The notes under the pieces were generated by a model that did not search any database, had not been told where the DNA came from, and was given only the letters and a program-made list of their open reading frames with translations. A stretch of DNA of 64,000 nt from Candidatus Hydrogenedentes bacterium UBA2224 (GTDB taxonomy: Bacteria; Hydrogenedentota; Hydrogenedentia; Hydrogenedentales; SLHB01), in contig DDYW01000181.1 of the NCBI GenBank assembly GCA_002348185.1, forward strand, positions 77,531 to 141,530, given 5' to 3'. Below, piece by piece: positions 27,119 to 40,489 of the stretch. Numbering within the stretch: position 1 is the stretch's first letter; each line of letters starts with the position of its first letter. The translations under genes and the position numbers were made by a program.

Positions 27119-27465
27119 ACCCGGCTTCGCCAGGGTTCGTAATCTCGCCGGAACACCGCATCTTCCACGCTGTTTCGAGATATTGCCCTCTTCCCGTGTG
27201 AAACCACCGGACCTTCTTTCGCGGAGGCATTCTCTCCTGTCGCGCATGCGTCTCGCCAGCTTTTTTGTGTTCTGCGGGTGATCCGGATGCAGGCGAGACG
27301 CCTGCGCTACAAGATTCCCGGATGGGACCACGCGGGCCCGCGGGGTCATCCTCCGGTCTCTCTCGTTTTCGTCGGGCTCTCCATCGTGGCGCGATTTACT
27401 CTCCCCTCTGTTCTGCGGTACACTCTCAGACAACGGGCACAAACGTAAAACGGAAAGGGCATGCT

Positions 27466-28890
27466 ATGGACAGCCGCTTGCGAATCTGGCTCGCCGCACT
27501 ACTTGTTGTGACCGCGCTTACCGCCTGCGGAGGCCCGAAAGTCCCGGAAACACCGCAGTTGCCTCCCGCCGCTCCCGTCACGGAGGCCCCCTCCCCCGCG
27601 CCCGAAGCCCCGGGAGCAGTCCCGGAACCCCTGCCGTACCAACCCGTCATCCTGGAACCGGAGAGCGTCGAGCTGCTTGATGAAGAGGGCCCCGGGAAGC
27701 TCTACCGGGCCGGCGAACTGCTGGTCTGCGTCCTCGAAGGCACCCACCGGGAGATGGGGTATCAGCACGGCCGTCTCCTGGCCGACCGGATTCGGCACAT
27801 CACGAAGGAGGGCTACCTTCAGCGGGCCGTGTTCGACAATGGGTACAGCCTCGAATATGCCGTCGAACAGTCCACCCGCATGGCCCGTCATTTCCCGCCC
27901 GAATACCTCGATGAAATCAACGGGATCCTGGACGGCCTCGCGGCCGCGGGCGTCACCGGCGTGACGTATGACGAACTCCTGATCGCGGCGTGCGTGGCGG
28001 AGTTGCTTCACCATGCGCCCGGCGCCGCGCCCGGCTGCTCCAATTTCGCCGTGTTCGGCCAATGGACCCCCGACGGCCGCCTGCTGCACGGCCGCAACCT
28101 CGACTGGACCACCGGCAAGGGCGCCCAGGAAGACGCCGTCACCTTTATCTGGCGTCCCGAGGGAGGCGTTCCCTTCATGATGCTCGCGTACGCCGGGGTG
28201 ATCGGCGGGGTCAGCGGCATGAATGCTTCACAGATTACCCTCGGTGAGATGACCGTATCGTCGCCCGAAGAATCGTTCGACGGCATCCCGCTCCAAATCA
28301 TCATGCGCATGGCGCTCGAGAAGGCCGCCACCCTGGACGAGGCCGTGGGGATCATCCAGCGGGGCCCCCGCACCCTGGGTTGGAACTTCGTGATCGGCGA
28401 CGGCAAGATTCCCGATGCCCGAGCGCTCGAAGTGGACCGCAATACGGTCGATGTCTTCACCCCCGGTGACCCCCACGAAACCCCCGACATGGGCCACCAG
28501 ACGCTCCCCGACGCCATCCGGCGCACCAATCACCCCTGCGGCGAGATCCAGCAGCGGAAGGTGGTCAAGGCTCACGGGGCCGAAATCGGTCTCGACGGAA
28601 GCGACTGGGACGCGGCGAAGCCGGTGGTGAAGGCGTTTCTCGCACAGCAGAATACCTTCCACCGGTACCAGTGGCTTGGCGAGCAGATTCAGACCCGGCC
28701 CCGCGCCATCGACGTGCCGGCGGCCCTCGGCCTGCTCTCCAACGGTCCGGTTGCGGCGAACAACACGCTCCACTCGTTCGTATTTGATCCCGCCGGCCAG
28801 GTGGCCTATATCGCCAACGCCGCGGTGGCCCCGCCGGCCACGGCTTGGAAAACGGTGTACACCAAACTCGACCTTTCACAGTGGTTCTAG
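27466..28890 (+). CDS. C45-family (acyl-CoA:6-APA acyltransferase / Ntn-hydrolase-like) lipoprotein
   Basis: The signal peptide MDSRLRIWLAALLVVTALTACGG ends in an LTAC lipobox. It is followed by a Pro-rich linker and then the Ntn-type nucleophile context GCSNFAVFG. The track ORF starts earlier at 27265. Confidence 0.6.
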   Translation: MDSRLRIWLAALLVVTALTACGGPKVPETPQLPPAAPVTEAPSPAPEAPGAVPEPLPYQPVILEPESVELLDEEGPGKLYRAGELLVCVLEGTHREMGYQHGRLLADRIRHITKEGYLQRAVFDNGYSLEYAVEQSTRMARHFPPEYLDEINGILDGLAAAGVTGVTYDELLIAACVAELLHHAPGAAPGCSNFAVFGQWTPDGRLLHGRNLDWTTGKGAQEDAVTFIWRPEGGVPFMMLAYAGVIGGVSGMNASQITLGEMTVSSPEESFDGIPLQIIMRMALEKAATLDEAVGIIQRGPRTLGWNFVIGDGKIPDARALEVDRNTVDVFTPGDPHETPDMGHQTLPDAIRRTNHPCGEIQQRKVVKAHGAEIGLDGSDWDAAKPVVKAFLAQQNTFHRYQWLGEQIQTRPRAIDVPAALGLLSNGPVAANNTLHSFVFDPAGQVAYIANAAVAPPATAWKTVYTKLDLSQWF

Positions 28891-28895
28891 ACAAC

Positions 28896-29384
28896 ATGCC
28901 CAGTCAAGAAGAGCTTCGCCAGATTTACGAATTGACTCAGGTGCTCAGGAAACCCACCTACGGAATCGTGAGCGGCTATCATGAGCTGCCGTACGTGGTC
29001 CTGGGCGAGTCGTTCGAATCCGGCTACGACACCATGCGGGTGCGCGGGACGATCCAGGTTTCGCCCCGTTTTCTGATTCGTCCCAGCCATCTCGAGCCCA
29101 GCTATGCGGAGATCTTCGGTGAAGAGAATGTCGACGTGCAGCTCCTGGGCAGGATTTTCGGCTTCCTGGGGTTCCGGGGACGGCCCGTCGAATGCAGGTC
29201 CGATCACCTGGAGGTCAAACACCTCCGCCAGTCGATGGACAGCCTGGTCGCCCTCACCCGCGACGAGTTTGAGCGGCACGAAGACATCACCACCGGTCTG
29301 ATTATTACGCCAGACGCCCGGTACTACCCCGTGTCCATCGAACGGTTCATTTCCGCCGTGCTCGAAGATGAATTTGGGGGCTGA
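28896..29384 (+). CDS. hypothetical protein (162 aa)
   Basis: The ATG lies 5 nt after the stop of the C45 gene. There is no recognisable motif. Confidence 0.45.
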   Translation: MPSQEELRQIYELTQVLRKPTYGIVSGYHELPYVVLGESFESGYDTMRVRGTIQVSPRFLIRPSHLEPSYAEIFGEENVDVQLLGRIFGFLGFRGRPVECRSDHLEVKHLRQSMDSLVALTRDEFERHEDITTGLIITPDARYYPVSIERFISAVLEDEFGG

Positions 29385-29409
29385 GGAGGATTCAACAGTG
29401 ACCAGGAAG

Positions 29410-29682
29410 ATGAAGAGCGCCTATGAACTGGCTATGGAACGCCTGGAGAAAACCAGCGGGCCGGCCAAGAAGCTCAGCGACGAACAGCGCGCGGAGATCG
29501 CCCACATCGAAAAAGTCTACGAAGCCCGCCTCGCGGAAACCCGTCTCGATTTCGATCAGAGAATGGGGTCCGCGGCGTCGGTGGCGGACCTTGAGGAACT
29601 GCAGCAGCAACTCAGCCAGAGAGTCTCGGCGTTGGAGCTGGAGCGGGATCAGAAAAAGGAGGCCATCTGGGAAAAAGCATGA
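29410..29682 (+). CDS. hypothetical small coiled-coil protein (90 aa)
   Basis: MKSAYELAMERLEK... is Glu/Arg/Leu-rich heptad-like sequence. GGAGGA lies upstream. Confidence 0.4.
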   Translation: MKSAYELAMERLEKTSGPAKKLSDEQRAEIAHIEKVYEARLAETRLDFDQRMGSAASVADLEELQQQLSQRVSALELERDQKKEAIWEKA

Positions 29683-29763
29683 GTCGGGAATCTGTTAAAT
29701 CCCTCCTGGAACCCGCCCGCTGAAGGCGCCTGTTGCATAACAATGACCGCTGGGGGGAAGAAA

Positions 29764-31182
29764 ATGCCGCGATTCCATGGCGCTGCACGCCGATGGGGCG
29801 CCCTGGTGGGGGTGTGTTTGCTCCTGGCGCTTCTGGCCGCGGTCGACTATCACCTGAAACACGCCGGAGACGGCGCCGGGTTTCATCCTTCCGGGGCGTC
29901 GTGCGTCTTGGTGTCGTCGGACTTCCCGTCGTTCTGCGCGGAACTCGCGGATACGGACGCCGCGGCCCGCTTTCTCTCCGAGACCCCGCGCCCGTTTGAG
30001 GCCTTCGAACTCGCGGTCCGGAAAGCCACCGGCGTGCGCCCCACGCCGTTGCGCTGGGCCGTCTGGATGGGACCGCGCGTCGTGGGGGCCCGGTGGCACG
30101 GGTCCCAGGGGATCTGCGCGCATCCGGGGCTGCTTCTCCGCGCCGTGCACGCCTGGCGATTTGCGTGGGGAGCACGGCCGGACAACTTCGGGGTGTATGC
30201 CTGTGCCGGACATTTCTACGCCTGGCGCGACGGCTTTCTGCTCGTCTCATCCTCCCCGGAATACGTGAACGCCGCACTCGATTCGCCTCAGGTCGACGCG
30301 GTGCCCGAAGGCAATGACAACAGTCTGATGGTTCGATGGAACGGCGGGGACATCCGCATCCATCCCCAGCCGGGCCTCCCCGTCGACGGAACGCTGAACC
30401 TGCCCTTCCAGTCCACGGGCGAACCACTGCAGCTGGCGGACGCATGGCCCGACGACGCGCTGCTGACGTTGAGCACGTCCACGCCTGAGGACGCGCTTCT
30501 CTTCTGGAAAACCGCCGTGCGTCCCTTCGAATCTAACGCCACCTATGCCCGCTGTGCTCATCTGGTCGCGTCTCTGTGGCAGCAATGGGCGCTGGGGGCG
30601 CCCGACGAAGGCTGGACGGGCCGGATCGGCGAGTTCTCCGTCGCCGTGACCGGCGTGGACGCCCTGGCGACCGTCCCCGTACCGGCATGGGGAGTCAGAA
30701 TGCGGCCCCGAACGCAGGAAAGCGTGCAGGCCGAACATCCGTGGCTGCCCGTGCTTGCTCCGCTTGCGCCGATTGAATACGCCTGGGACGGACGCCCGGG
30801 ATGCGTCGCCACCTTGATGGGAGAACGCGCAGCGGTCTGTCTCGCGGGCGATCGCGCGACCTGGCTCGCAACGAGCCAGCCGGCCCTCATGAGCGAACTC
30901 CTGGCCATCGAAGCCCGCGAACCCCATGCCGACGCCGATGCGATGCTCACCATCCACTGGAAGACCGCCGGGAAAACGGCCGAAACGCTGCTCAAGAGGG
31001 CCGGGGAACTGGAACTCATCCCCGAGATGAATGACCAGGAAGCCGACGCCTATCTTGGCAAATACGCGCGGTCCGTAGCGCACCTCGGCCGTCTCCGGAT
31101 CATCGGCCGGGCCCGCGACGGCGTCATCGCGTTTGAGGGCACCCTGGTGGCGCCCGCAGAGGAGGGCATTGCGCAACCATGA
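29764..31182 (+). CDS. hypothetical N-terminally membrane-anchored protein
   Basis: GGGGGGAAG lies 4 nt upstream of the ATG. A single N-terminal TM helix (WGALVGVCLLLALLAAV) is followed by a roughly 440-aa Trp-rich extracytoplasmic domain. The stop overlaps the next gene start. Confidence 0.5.
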   Translation: MPRFHGAARRWGALVGVCLLLALLAAVDYHLKHAGDGAGFHPSGASCVLVSSDFPSFCAELADTDAAARFLSETPRPFEAFELAVRKATGVRPTPLRWAVWMGPRVVGARWHGSQGICAHPGLLLRAVHAWRFAWGARPDNFGVYACAGHFYAWRDGFLLVSSSPEYVNAALDSPQVDAVPEGNDNSLMVRWNGGDIRIHPQPGLPVDGTLNLPFQSTGEPLQLADAWPDDALLTLSTSTPEDALLFWKTAVRPFESNATYARCAHLVASLWQQWALGAPDEGWTGRIGEFSVAVTGVDALATVPVPAWGVRMRPRTQESVQAEHPWLPVLAPLAPIEYAWDGRPGCVATLMGERAAVCLAGDRATWLATSQPALMSELLAIEAREPHADADAMLTIHWKTAGKTAETLLKRAGELELIPEMNDQEADAYLGKYARSVAHLGRLRIIGRARDGVIAFEGTLVAPAEEGIAQP

Positions 31183-33209
31183 GACTCCTCTTCACCCTCG
31201 GCATCATCCTGGCATACACAGCGTTCCTGGCATCCGGGGACAGCGGCGCAGCGGACCTCCTGACCGAGGCCTTCGGACCGCTTGACGCCGGGGACGCTCT
31301 CGGGAACGGCGGATTGACGGTCACCTTCAGCACCACGGGCCGCATCGCCGCCGTGCATTGGCCGAGCCCGGGCTATTTCGAGCAACTCTCCTATGTGGTG
31401 CGCACCGGGGAACGGGGAAGCCTCTCCGTCCCGGAAGGGCAGGGCCTGTGCTGGGCGGCCCGCGTCGGCGAGGCGTTCACCTGGGAACTCGATGACGATT
31501 TCGAACGCTGTCTGCAGGGCCGGCCGACCGTGGAGCGCATGTCCTGTTCTCCGGCGGAACCGCAGCCGGCCTGCATCGTGGGCGGCGGGGGCAAGACGGG
31601 GACGCCCTCGTTCTTTGTGCATGGAGAACGAGATATCCTCGTCGCCCGCTTTGAGCCGGTGGGGGGCGGGTCGCCGGCCAGGGTGTACTGGTGTGCGAAT
31701 TTCACGCCCTGCACCCGTCGAATCCCGGAATGGCCAGGCGCCGACAGCCTGTTCGACTACGCCAACGATTTCGCGTTGTTTACCCCGGATAATGGCCGCA
31801 CCATCGTCCATTTTCGCCCGGAAGAGCCCCGGGGCACGGACTGGAATGATGCGCGCACGCTGGCGGAGGAAGGCGGCCAGGCGACCGGGTGGCGGGATTT
31901 CGACGAGGGCGTCTGGATTGCCCAGAGCCCGGCCGAACCGGCCACCGCTTTTCAATGCGGCGTGTCCGGTACAGCATCCTCCGCCTTTGCACAGGTGAAG
32001 GCCGGTGTTCTTGACGGACAGACCGCCGCGGTGGGCGACTGCGATTCCGCGTTCGAGTTCACGTGCGCCCCGCCGGCCACCGGCGGAGCGACCGTGCCCG
32101 TCACCGTATACATCGCCTTTGGCAACACCTATGCCGCGGCGGCCCAAAACCTCGACTACGCCCGCGAGCGGGGATACGACGCGTTGCTGCGCGAGACGGC
32201 CGAGCACTGGAACAGCCGTCTGAGTCCGTCCGGCCCGCAGACACAAGCGCAGGAGCGGCTGCTCGAGGTGCTCCAGACCTGCATGGACCGCGAGACCGGC
32301 GCGCTGGTCCGCATGCCGCTCGCCTCCCCCCCGCTGCACGTGGACGTTCCCCGCACGGGCGTCATCGGCGCGTATGCCCTGTCTATCGCGGGACGCCACG
32401 ACCTCGTCAGAAAACGCATCGACTTCTATCTCAACGCGCTGCGCACGCAGAACGCACCGGGCTGCCCGGCCGGCTCCCTGCCCGCGGGACTCTATGCCAG
32501 CGGCGACGAAGCCGTGCCCGGGTTGATTCTCGATGTCGAAGCCGTGGCCTGGCTGCTATGGCTCTGCGAACGCCACGCGGCCGCCTTGTCTCCGGAAGAG
32601 CGCGCCGCATTCATCGACGCGGCCTGGCCCCGGCTCGAGCTGGCCGCGGAATTCCTGTCAGGCTGGTTCGACCCCCGAACGGGGCTGCCGCGCACCGCGT
32701 TCAACCCTCAGACCCTTCGCGACTCGCAATCGCCCGAACTCGCCATCCGCACCCACATGGGACTGGTCAGCGCGCTGTCCCTGGCGGCATCGAAAGGAGA
32801 GGAACGCTCGGAATGGCGAAAGCGGGCCCAGGACCTCGAGGCCCTGATTCGCGCACGGTACATCGGACCGGACGGATTCTGGCAGGTGAACCGGCCCGAA
32901 CGTTTCTGGAACATCCCTCTGGTCCCTGCCAACCATCCGCAGTGGCAAACCACGCTGGATGCAGCACTCGACAGTCTCGCGACCGACACCATTTCCCCGG
33001 ATCGGGCAAGCGAGATCCTCTTCGCGGCGATGCTGATCCCACCGGCCCGGGCGGGCGTCAAAGAAAAGGCCATTCACCTGCTGCAGACAGGCCGCTTCGT
33101 CCGCGTAGGGCCCCTGCCACAGGACACCGGTTCCTGCGCGCCGGACAGCTACCGGGCTGCTCTGCACTACGTCGCCTGGACAGAGGCGTTGCGCGTGACC
33201 GGCCCCTGA
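31179..33209 (+). CDS. secreted hypothetical protein, possibly (alpha/alpha)6-toroid glycosidase-like (676 aa)
   Basis: The signal peptide is MRLLFTLGIILAYTAFLASG. It overlaps the upstream gene by 4 nt. The fold guess is weak. Confidence 0.5.
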   Translation: MRLLFTLGIILAYTAFLASGDSGAADLLTEAFGPLDAGDALGNGGLTVTFSTTGRIAAVHWPSPGYFEQLSYVVRTGERGSLSVPEGQGLCWAARVGEAFTWELDDDFERCLQGRPTVERMSCSPAEPQPACIVGGGGKTGTPSFFVHGERDILVARFEPVGGGSPARVYWCANFTPCTRRIPEWPGADSLFDYANDFALFTPDNGRTIVHFRPEEPRGTDWNDARTLAEEGGQATGWRDFDEGVWIAQSPAEPATAFQCGVSGTASSAFAQVKAGVLDGQTAAVGDCDSAFEFTCAPPATGGATVPVTVYIAFGNTYAAAAQNLDYARERGYDALLRETAEHWNSRLSPSGPQTQAQERLLEVLQTCMDRETGALVRMPLASPPLHVDVPRTGVIGAYALSIAGRHDLVRKRIDFYLNALRTQNAPGCPAGSLPAGLYASGDEAVPGLILDVEAVAWLLWLCERHAAALSPEERAAFIDAAWPRLELAAEFLSGWFDPRTGLPRTAFNPQTLRDSQSPELAIRTHMGLVSALSLAASKGEERSEWRKRAQDLEALIRARYIGPDGFWQVNRPERFWNIPLVPANHPQWQTTLDAALDSLATDTISPDRASEILFAAMLIPPARAGVKEKAIHLLQTGRFVRVGPLPQDTGSCAPDSYRAALHYVAWTEALRVTGP

Positions 33210-33218
33210 CAAACGAGG

Positions 33219-37054
<3,836 letters not shown>

Positions 37055-37392
37055 GACCCACTCCTCCACTTGCGTGCCTCGTGTGCACGCAGATCTAAAG
37101 CGTTGCCTTTGAATGGGTTAGGAAGCAAGGAAGGCGCCCCGTCCCCTAACGGGATTTCAATCTAGCACACCGGCCGCGCTTTTTCAATCCACAAGGTATC
37201 CCCCGAATCGCCGGGGGAAGCACAACGCTTTCGACCGGGAGATGACCCGTGAAGGCGCCGCTCCCGTCCCCCCTCCGGGTCCGGCCGAGACGCCTGCGCT
37301 GTGTTGATGGAAACGCGGTACCGCGCGGTTGTCATCGGCTACAGGCGAGGCGGCAGGCTCATGGCTTGCTGTGATGAGGGGACGCACAGACA

Positions 37393-37418
37393 ACAAGCGC
37401 GGCGGACCGTTGCCGGTC
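37393..37418 (-). terminator. GC hairpin downstream of DUF1559 gene 1
   Basis: GCGGCGGACCG-TTGC-CGGTCCGCCGC is a perfect 11-bp stem 30 nt after the stop at 37449. The trailing U-run on the minus strand is weak. Confidence 0.35.
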
Positions 37419-37448
37419 CGCCGCGTGGTATCGGCGGTCTTGTCTGGA

Positions 37449-38372
37449 CTACATGTTGTTTACGGCAGCCACGAAGCACGCCCACAGCCGGTGACCGGGA
37501 TATGCGTCGGCCGGGTAGCGCATGAACTCGACATGGCCGTCCATGTAAAGCACGTTGCCACCGCCGGGGACGTGGTTAAAGTTGTCGACTTCCGATGAGA
37601 AGATGTCGTAGAAGATGGGCAGTTCACTCTGGGCCTTGGCGGCTCCGGATGGGTTATTGATGTCGGTTACCATGAACCGCTCGATGCCTTCCCGAAGGCG
37701 GTACGCGGTCTTCGGGCCGACGGCGAGGTCCGCATCCATGAGCGCGGCCGCCTGCTGGACGGTCCCGCCCGTCATTGCGTTCGTGACCAGGGCGGTGATC
37801 AAGTTCACCAGACCGTTGTAGAGGTTGATGTTGAGGTAGCCGCCCGCCACCACGGTGTCCATGGTGATGCCCGCGTCGTTCACGTTGATGCCGGGGGTGG
37901 CGATCAGCTCGTCGGTGAGCGCCCAGGGGACGTAGACATACGAGAGGTCATCGAAGCGGCAGGGGGAGATGGGCAGATCCGGATCGCTCTGCTCATTCCA
38001 CCGGCCTTTGGCCATGGCGCTCTTGCCGTCTTCATCCGAGGGGCAGACGAGAATGTTGGCGTCCGTGAGGTATTCCGGGTAAATCTCACTACCCTGCATC
38101 ATGAAACCGATGCCGCCGATTTCGTTGCAAAAGATCCCGTTGGCCTCGTCTGCCGTGTTTGAGTCCGCATACTTGCCGTTGGGGAATTTCTCGCCTTTGG
38201 ATTCGTTGGCATACATCTTCAGCATGAGACCGACTTGTTTGAGGTTGTTGGCGCAGCTGGCCCTGCGGGCAGCTTCCCGTGCACGGGCAAGGGCGGGCAG
38301 GAGGATGGCTGCAAGAATGCCGATGATCGCGATTACAACCAGCAGTTCAATAAGCGTAAATCCTTTTTTCAT
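37449..38372 (-). CDS. prepilin-type N-terminal cleavage/methylation domain protein, DUF1559 (H-X9-DG) family
   Basis: The N-terminus [46 protein letters not shown] is a class III signal plus a conserved DUF1559 lead-in. The C-terminus has [17 protein letters not shown] (H-X9-DG). AAAGGGAGAAT lies 8 nt upstream of the ATG. Confidence 0.85.
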   Translation of the reverse strand: MKKGFTLIELLVVIAIIGILAAILLPALARAREAARRASCANNLKQVGLMLKMYANESKGEKFPNGKYADSNTADEANGIFCNEIGGIGFMMQGSEIYPEYLTDANILVCPSDEDGKSAMAKGRWNEQSDPDLPISPCRFDDLSYVYVPWALTDELIATPGINVNDAGITMDTVVAGGYLNINLYNGLVNLITALVTNAMTGGTVQQAAALMDADLAVGPKTAYRLREGIERFMVTDINNPSGAAKAQSELPIFYDIFSSEVDNFNHVPGGGNVLYMDGHVEFMRYPADAYPGHRLWACFVAAVNNM

Positions 38373-38746
38373 TGCACGGATTCTCCCTTTGTGTTGTGAA
38401 ACGACCCCGATCCTTGATACTTCCGATCCTTAATGCTGGAAAGCGGTTATTCCGCCGATACCCTTGTCGAATCAATTGTACTGTCTAAGGATCCGTTCTG
38501 CAAGTACTATTTGTCTACAATTGTGAAAGCTTCAATCCACCAAGATGCCATGCGGGCAAGATCTGCCTTGCCCTACTACAAATAGTACACGTTTAGTACA
38601 CGTTCTATCGAATTATGACAATAGGTGTATTACAGTGTTTTTCGCGAAAGATCCGTTGTCGCATGGAGAGTCGCTCCCCGGGCACGAGGAATGTAGACCG
38701 ATGGAGATGTCGGGCCGGGAACTGGAGGCGGGCGAGGGGCGGAGAA
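38373..38746 (-). promoter_or_regulatory. AT-rich, repeat-dense 374-bp upstream region of DUF1559 gene 1 (putative promoter/operator region)
   Basis: This is a local GC drop. The direct repeats are CCGATCCTT x2 (38407, 38423) and GATCCGTT x2 (38501, 38651). The inverted repeat is GTACTATTTGT (38514) / ACAAATAGTAC (38579). The tandem repeat is TAGTACACGTT x2 (38584-38605). The 10-mer ATCCTTAATG at 38426 is shared with the upstream region of DUF1559 gene 2. Confidence 0.35.
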
Positions 38747-39772
38747 TCAACTGATCTCTTTCACGTGCTCCTTGCGAACACGCTTTGTAACTCCTTGATA
38801 TTGAATATAATAGTGGTCATCGCCGGGGATGACTTTGTCGGCGGGCGAACTCGTGCCATCGGTAAAATGAACGGTATATTCCCCGTCTCCTCCGGCATCC
38901 GCCCGGGCGATTTTCTGTTTTTCGCCCGGACTGGCTTCCGGCGCGGTCTTGTCCGCGGCATCCGGAGCGGCAGCCGCATCCCCCGCCTTCTGAGACGCGG
39001 CCAGTTTCCTGGAGGAACTGTAGAGGTAGGCCGGGCGCTCGGAGGACTTGTTGTAGACCTGCCACCAGTGAAGCACGTTGCGCACGTAATTCTGCGTCTC
39101 CCGGAACGGCGGAATGCCGCCATACTTTCGCACGTTTTCGGGGCCGGCGTTGTAGCCCGCCAGAGCGAGACGGACATCGCCATTGAACACACTCACGAGT
39201 TTTGAAAGGTACTGTGTTCCGCCGGCGATATTCTGGGCCGGGTCGATAATATTTGTGACCCCCATTTCCTTGGCGGTACCGGGCATGAGTTGCATGAGCC
39301 CGCGCGCTCCGGCCCGGGAAACGGCATTGGGATCCCCGTTGCTTTCCACGCGGATCACCGCGTAGATCAGACTCTCCTGCAGGCCGTACTGGCGCGCGTA
39401 TTCCGCCACCAGGCTTTCAATGGCCGATTGATTGTATTCCGTGGGGGACGTGTAGCGCTTATATTTCTTGGCAACGACGATCGGCTCGTAATCGATCTGG
39501 ATTTCCGTATAACCCGGAGTGCCACGATACTTGCCAAGCTTGTTGGTCAGCGTCAGGACGCCGTCTGCATTGACGAAGGCCCGGAGCTGCTCGCCGGCGC
39601 GACGGCGCTGGATGGCTTCGCGCCGCGACTCCATCTCTTTGATGAGTTCGTCGCGGGTGGTCTGGTCGACGTTGCCAATGACGGGGGTATCTCCCCGGGC
39701 TACCCCGCCCGCAAACATCAGTACCGTCAGTCCGGCCAGGACGACCGCTCTAACCCCGAGAACGTGCTGCAT
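38747..39772 (-). CDS. lytic transglycosylase (SLT/GEWL domain) protein, secreted
   Basis: There is a signal peptide. The catalytic Glu region is AVIRVESNGDPNAVSRAGARGLMQLMPGTA, with AGYNAGPENV. Confidence 0.8.
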   Translation of the reverse strand: MQHVLGVRAVVLAGLTVLMFAGGVARGDTPVIGNVDQTTRDELIKEMESRREAIQRRRAGEQLRAFVNADGVLTLTNKLGKYRGTPGYTEIQIDYEPIVVAKKYKRYTSPTEYNQSAIESLVAEYARQYGLQESLIYAVIRVESNGDPNAVSRAGARGLMQLMPGTAKEMGVTNIIDPAQNIAGGTQYLSKLVSVFNGDVRLALAGYNAGPENVRKYGGIPPFRETQNYVRNVLHWWQVYNKSSERPAYLYSSSRKLAASQKAGDAAAAPDAADKTAPEASPGEKQKIARADAGGDGEYTVHFTDGTSSPADKVIPGDDHYYIQYQGVTKRVRKEHVKEIS

Positions 39773-40006
39773 CCAGTTGCCCCATAATCCCTTCCACTAT
39801 CCCTGTCCAGAGTATACTGAACGCACGGGAGATTTGGCAACCGGGCGCCTGGCCCCCGAACGCGCCCGACGGGCCCGGAAGGGGCTTGCGGACGCCGCCC
39901 TTGAGATGGTACCGTTGCTCGAAGACCCGAACGGCAAGGCATCCTGGCGCCGGTCTTGCGTTCTCGAAAAAGGTCCTGCAAGCCCTCCCAACACACGGAA
40001 ATTGAA

Positions 40007-40489
40007 ATGGTTACAGAGCATGAACCCCTTGAAGCGCGGATCGTGCGCGTCCTCACGCACGAAGGCCTCTGGCTCGCGACAGCCGAGTCGTGCACGGGGG
40101 GCCTGATCGCTCATCGCATCACCAGTGTGCCGGGCGCGTCGGAGTGCTTCCTCGGCGGGGTGGTGGCCTATTCGAATGCCCTGAAGACAGACCTTCTCGG
40201 GGTGTCGCCGGGGACCCTGGCGGCCGCGGGCGCCGTCAGTCCGGACACCGCCCGCCAGATGGCCGAAGGCGCACGCGACCGCTATCGCGCCGACCTCTCC
40301 GTTGCGGTGACAGGCATCGCCGGCCCCGGGGGAGGTTCTCCGGAAAAGCCAGTGGGCCTGGTCTTCATCGCCGTGGCCTGGACGGGAGGCTGTGATGTTG
40401 CCCGCCACGCATTCTCGGGGGCGAGGGAAGACGTGAAACAACAGACGGCCGATATGGCCCTCGCCATGGTATGGGAGCGCATCCAGTGA
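40007..40489 (+). CDS. CinA C-terminal domain / nicotinamide-nucleotide amidohydrolase PncC-like
   Basis: LATAESCTGGL, GGVVAY.N and TGIAGP are present. Length is 160 aa from the internal Met; the track ORF starts at 39956. Confidence 0.8.
   Translation: MVTEHEPLEARIVRVLTHEGLWLATAESCTGGLIAHRITSVPGASECFLGGVVAYSNALKTDLLGVSPGTLAAAGAVSPDTARQMAEGARDRYRADLSVAVTGIAGPGGGSPEKPVGLVFIAVAWTGGCDVARHAFSGAREDVKQQTADMALAMVWERIQ

Noticed and set aside
37070-37448. Several 70-100-aa ORFs (37184-37396 -, 37301-37525 +, 37329-37598 +) in the kdsB / DUF1559 intergenic space
   Set aside because: They are Arg/Gly-rich, mutually overlapping and without RBS. The region is better explained as kdsB promoter plus the DUF1559 terminator hairpin.
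38488-38520. GGATCC and CAATTG palindromes as possible restriction-modification target sites
   Set aside because: These are single short palindromes in an AT-rich regulatory region. No R-M genes are in the window, and chance occurrence is adequate.
38545-39205. 69-aa and 196-aa + ORFs over the AT-rich island and lytic transglycosylase
   Set aside because: The second is antisense to the SLT gene. The first spans a repeat-dense regulatory region and has no RBS.
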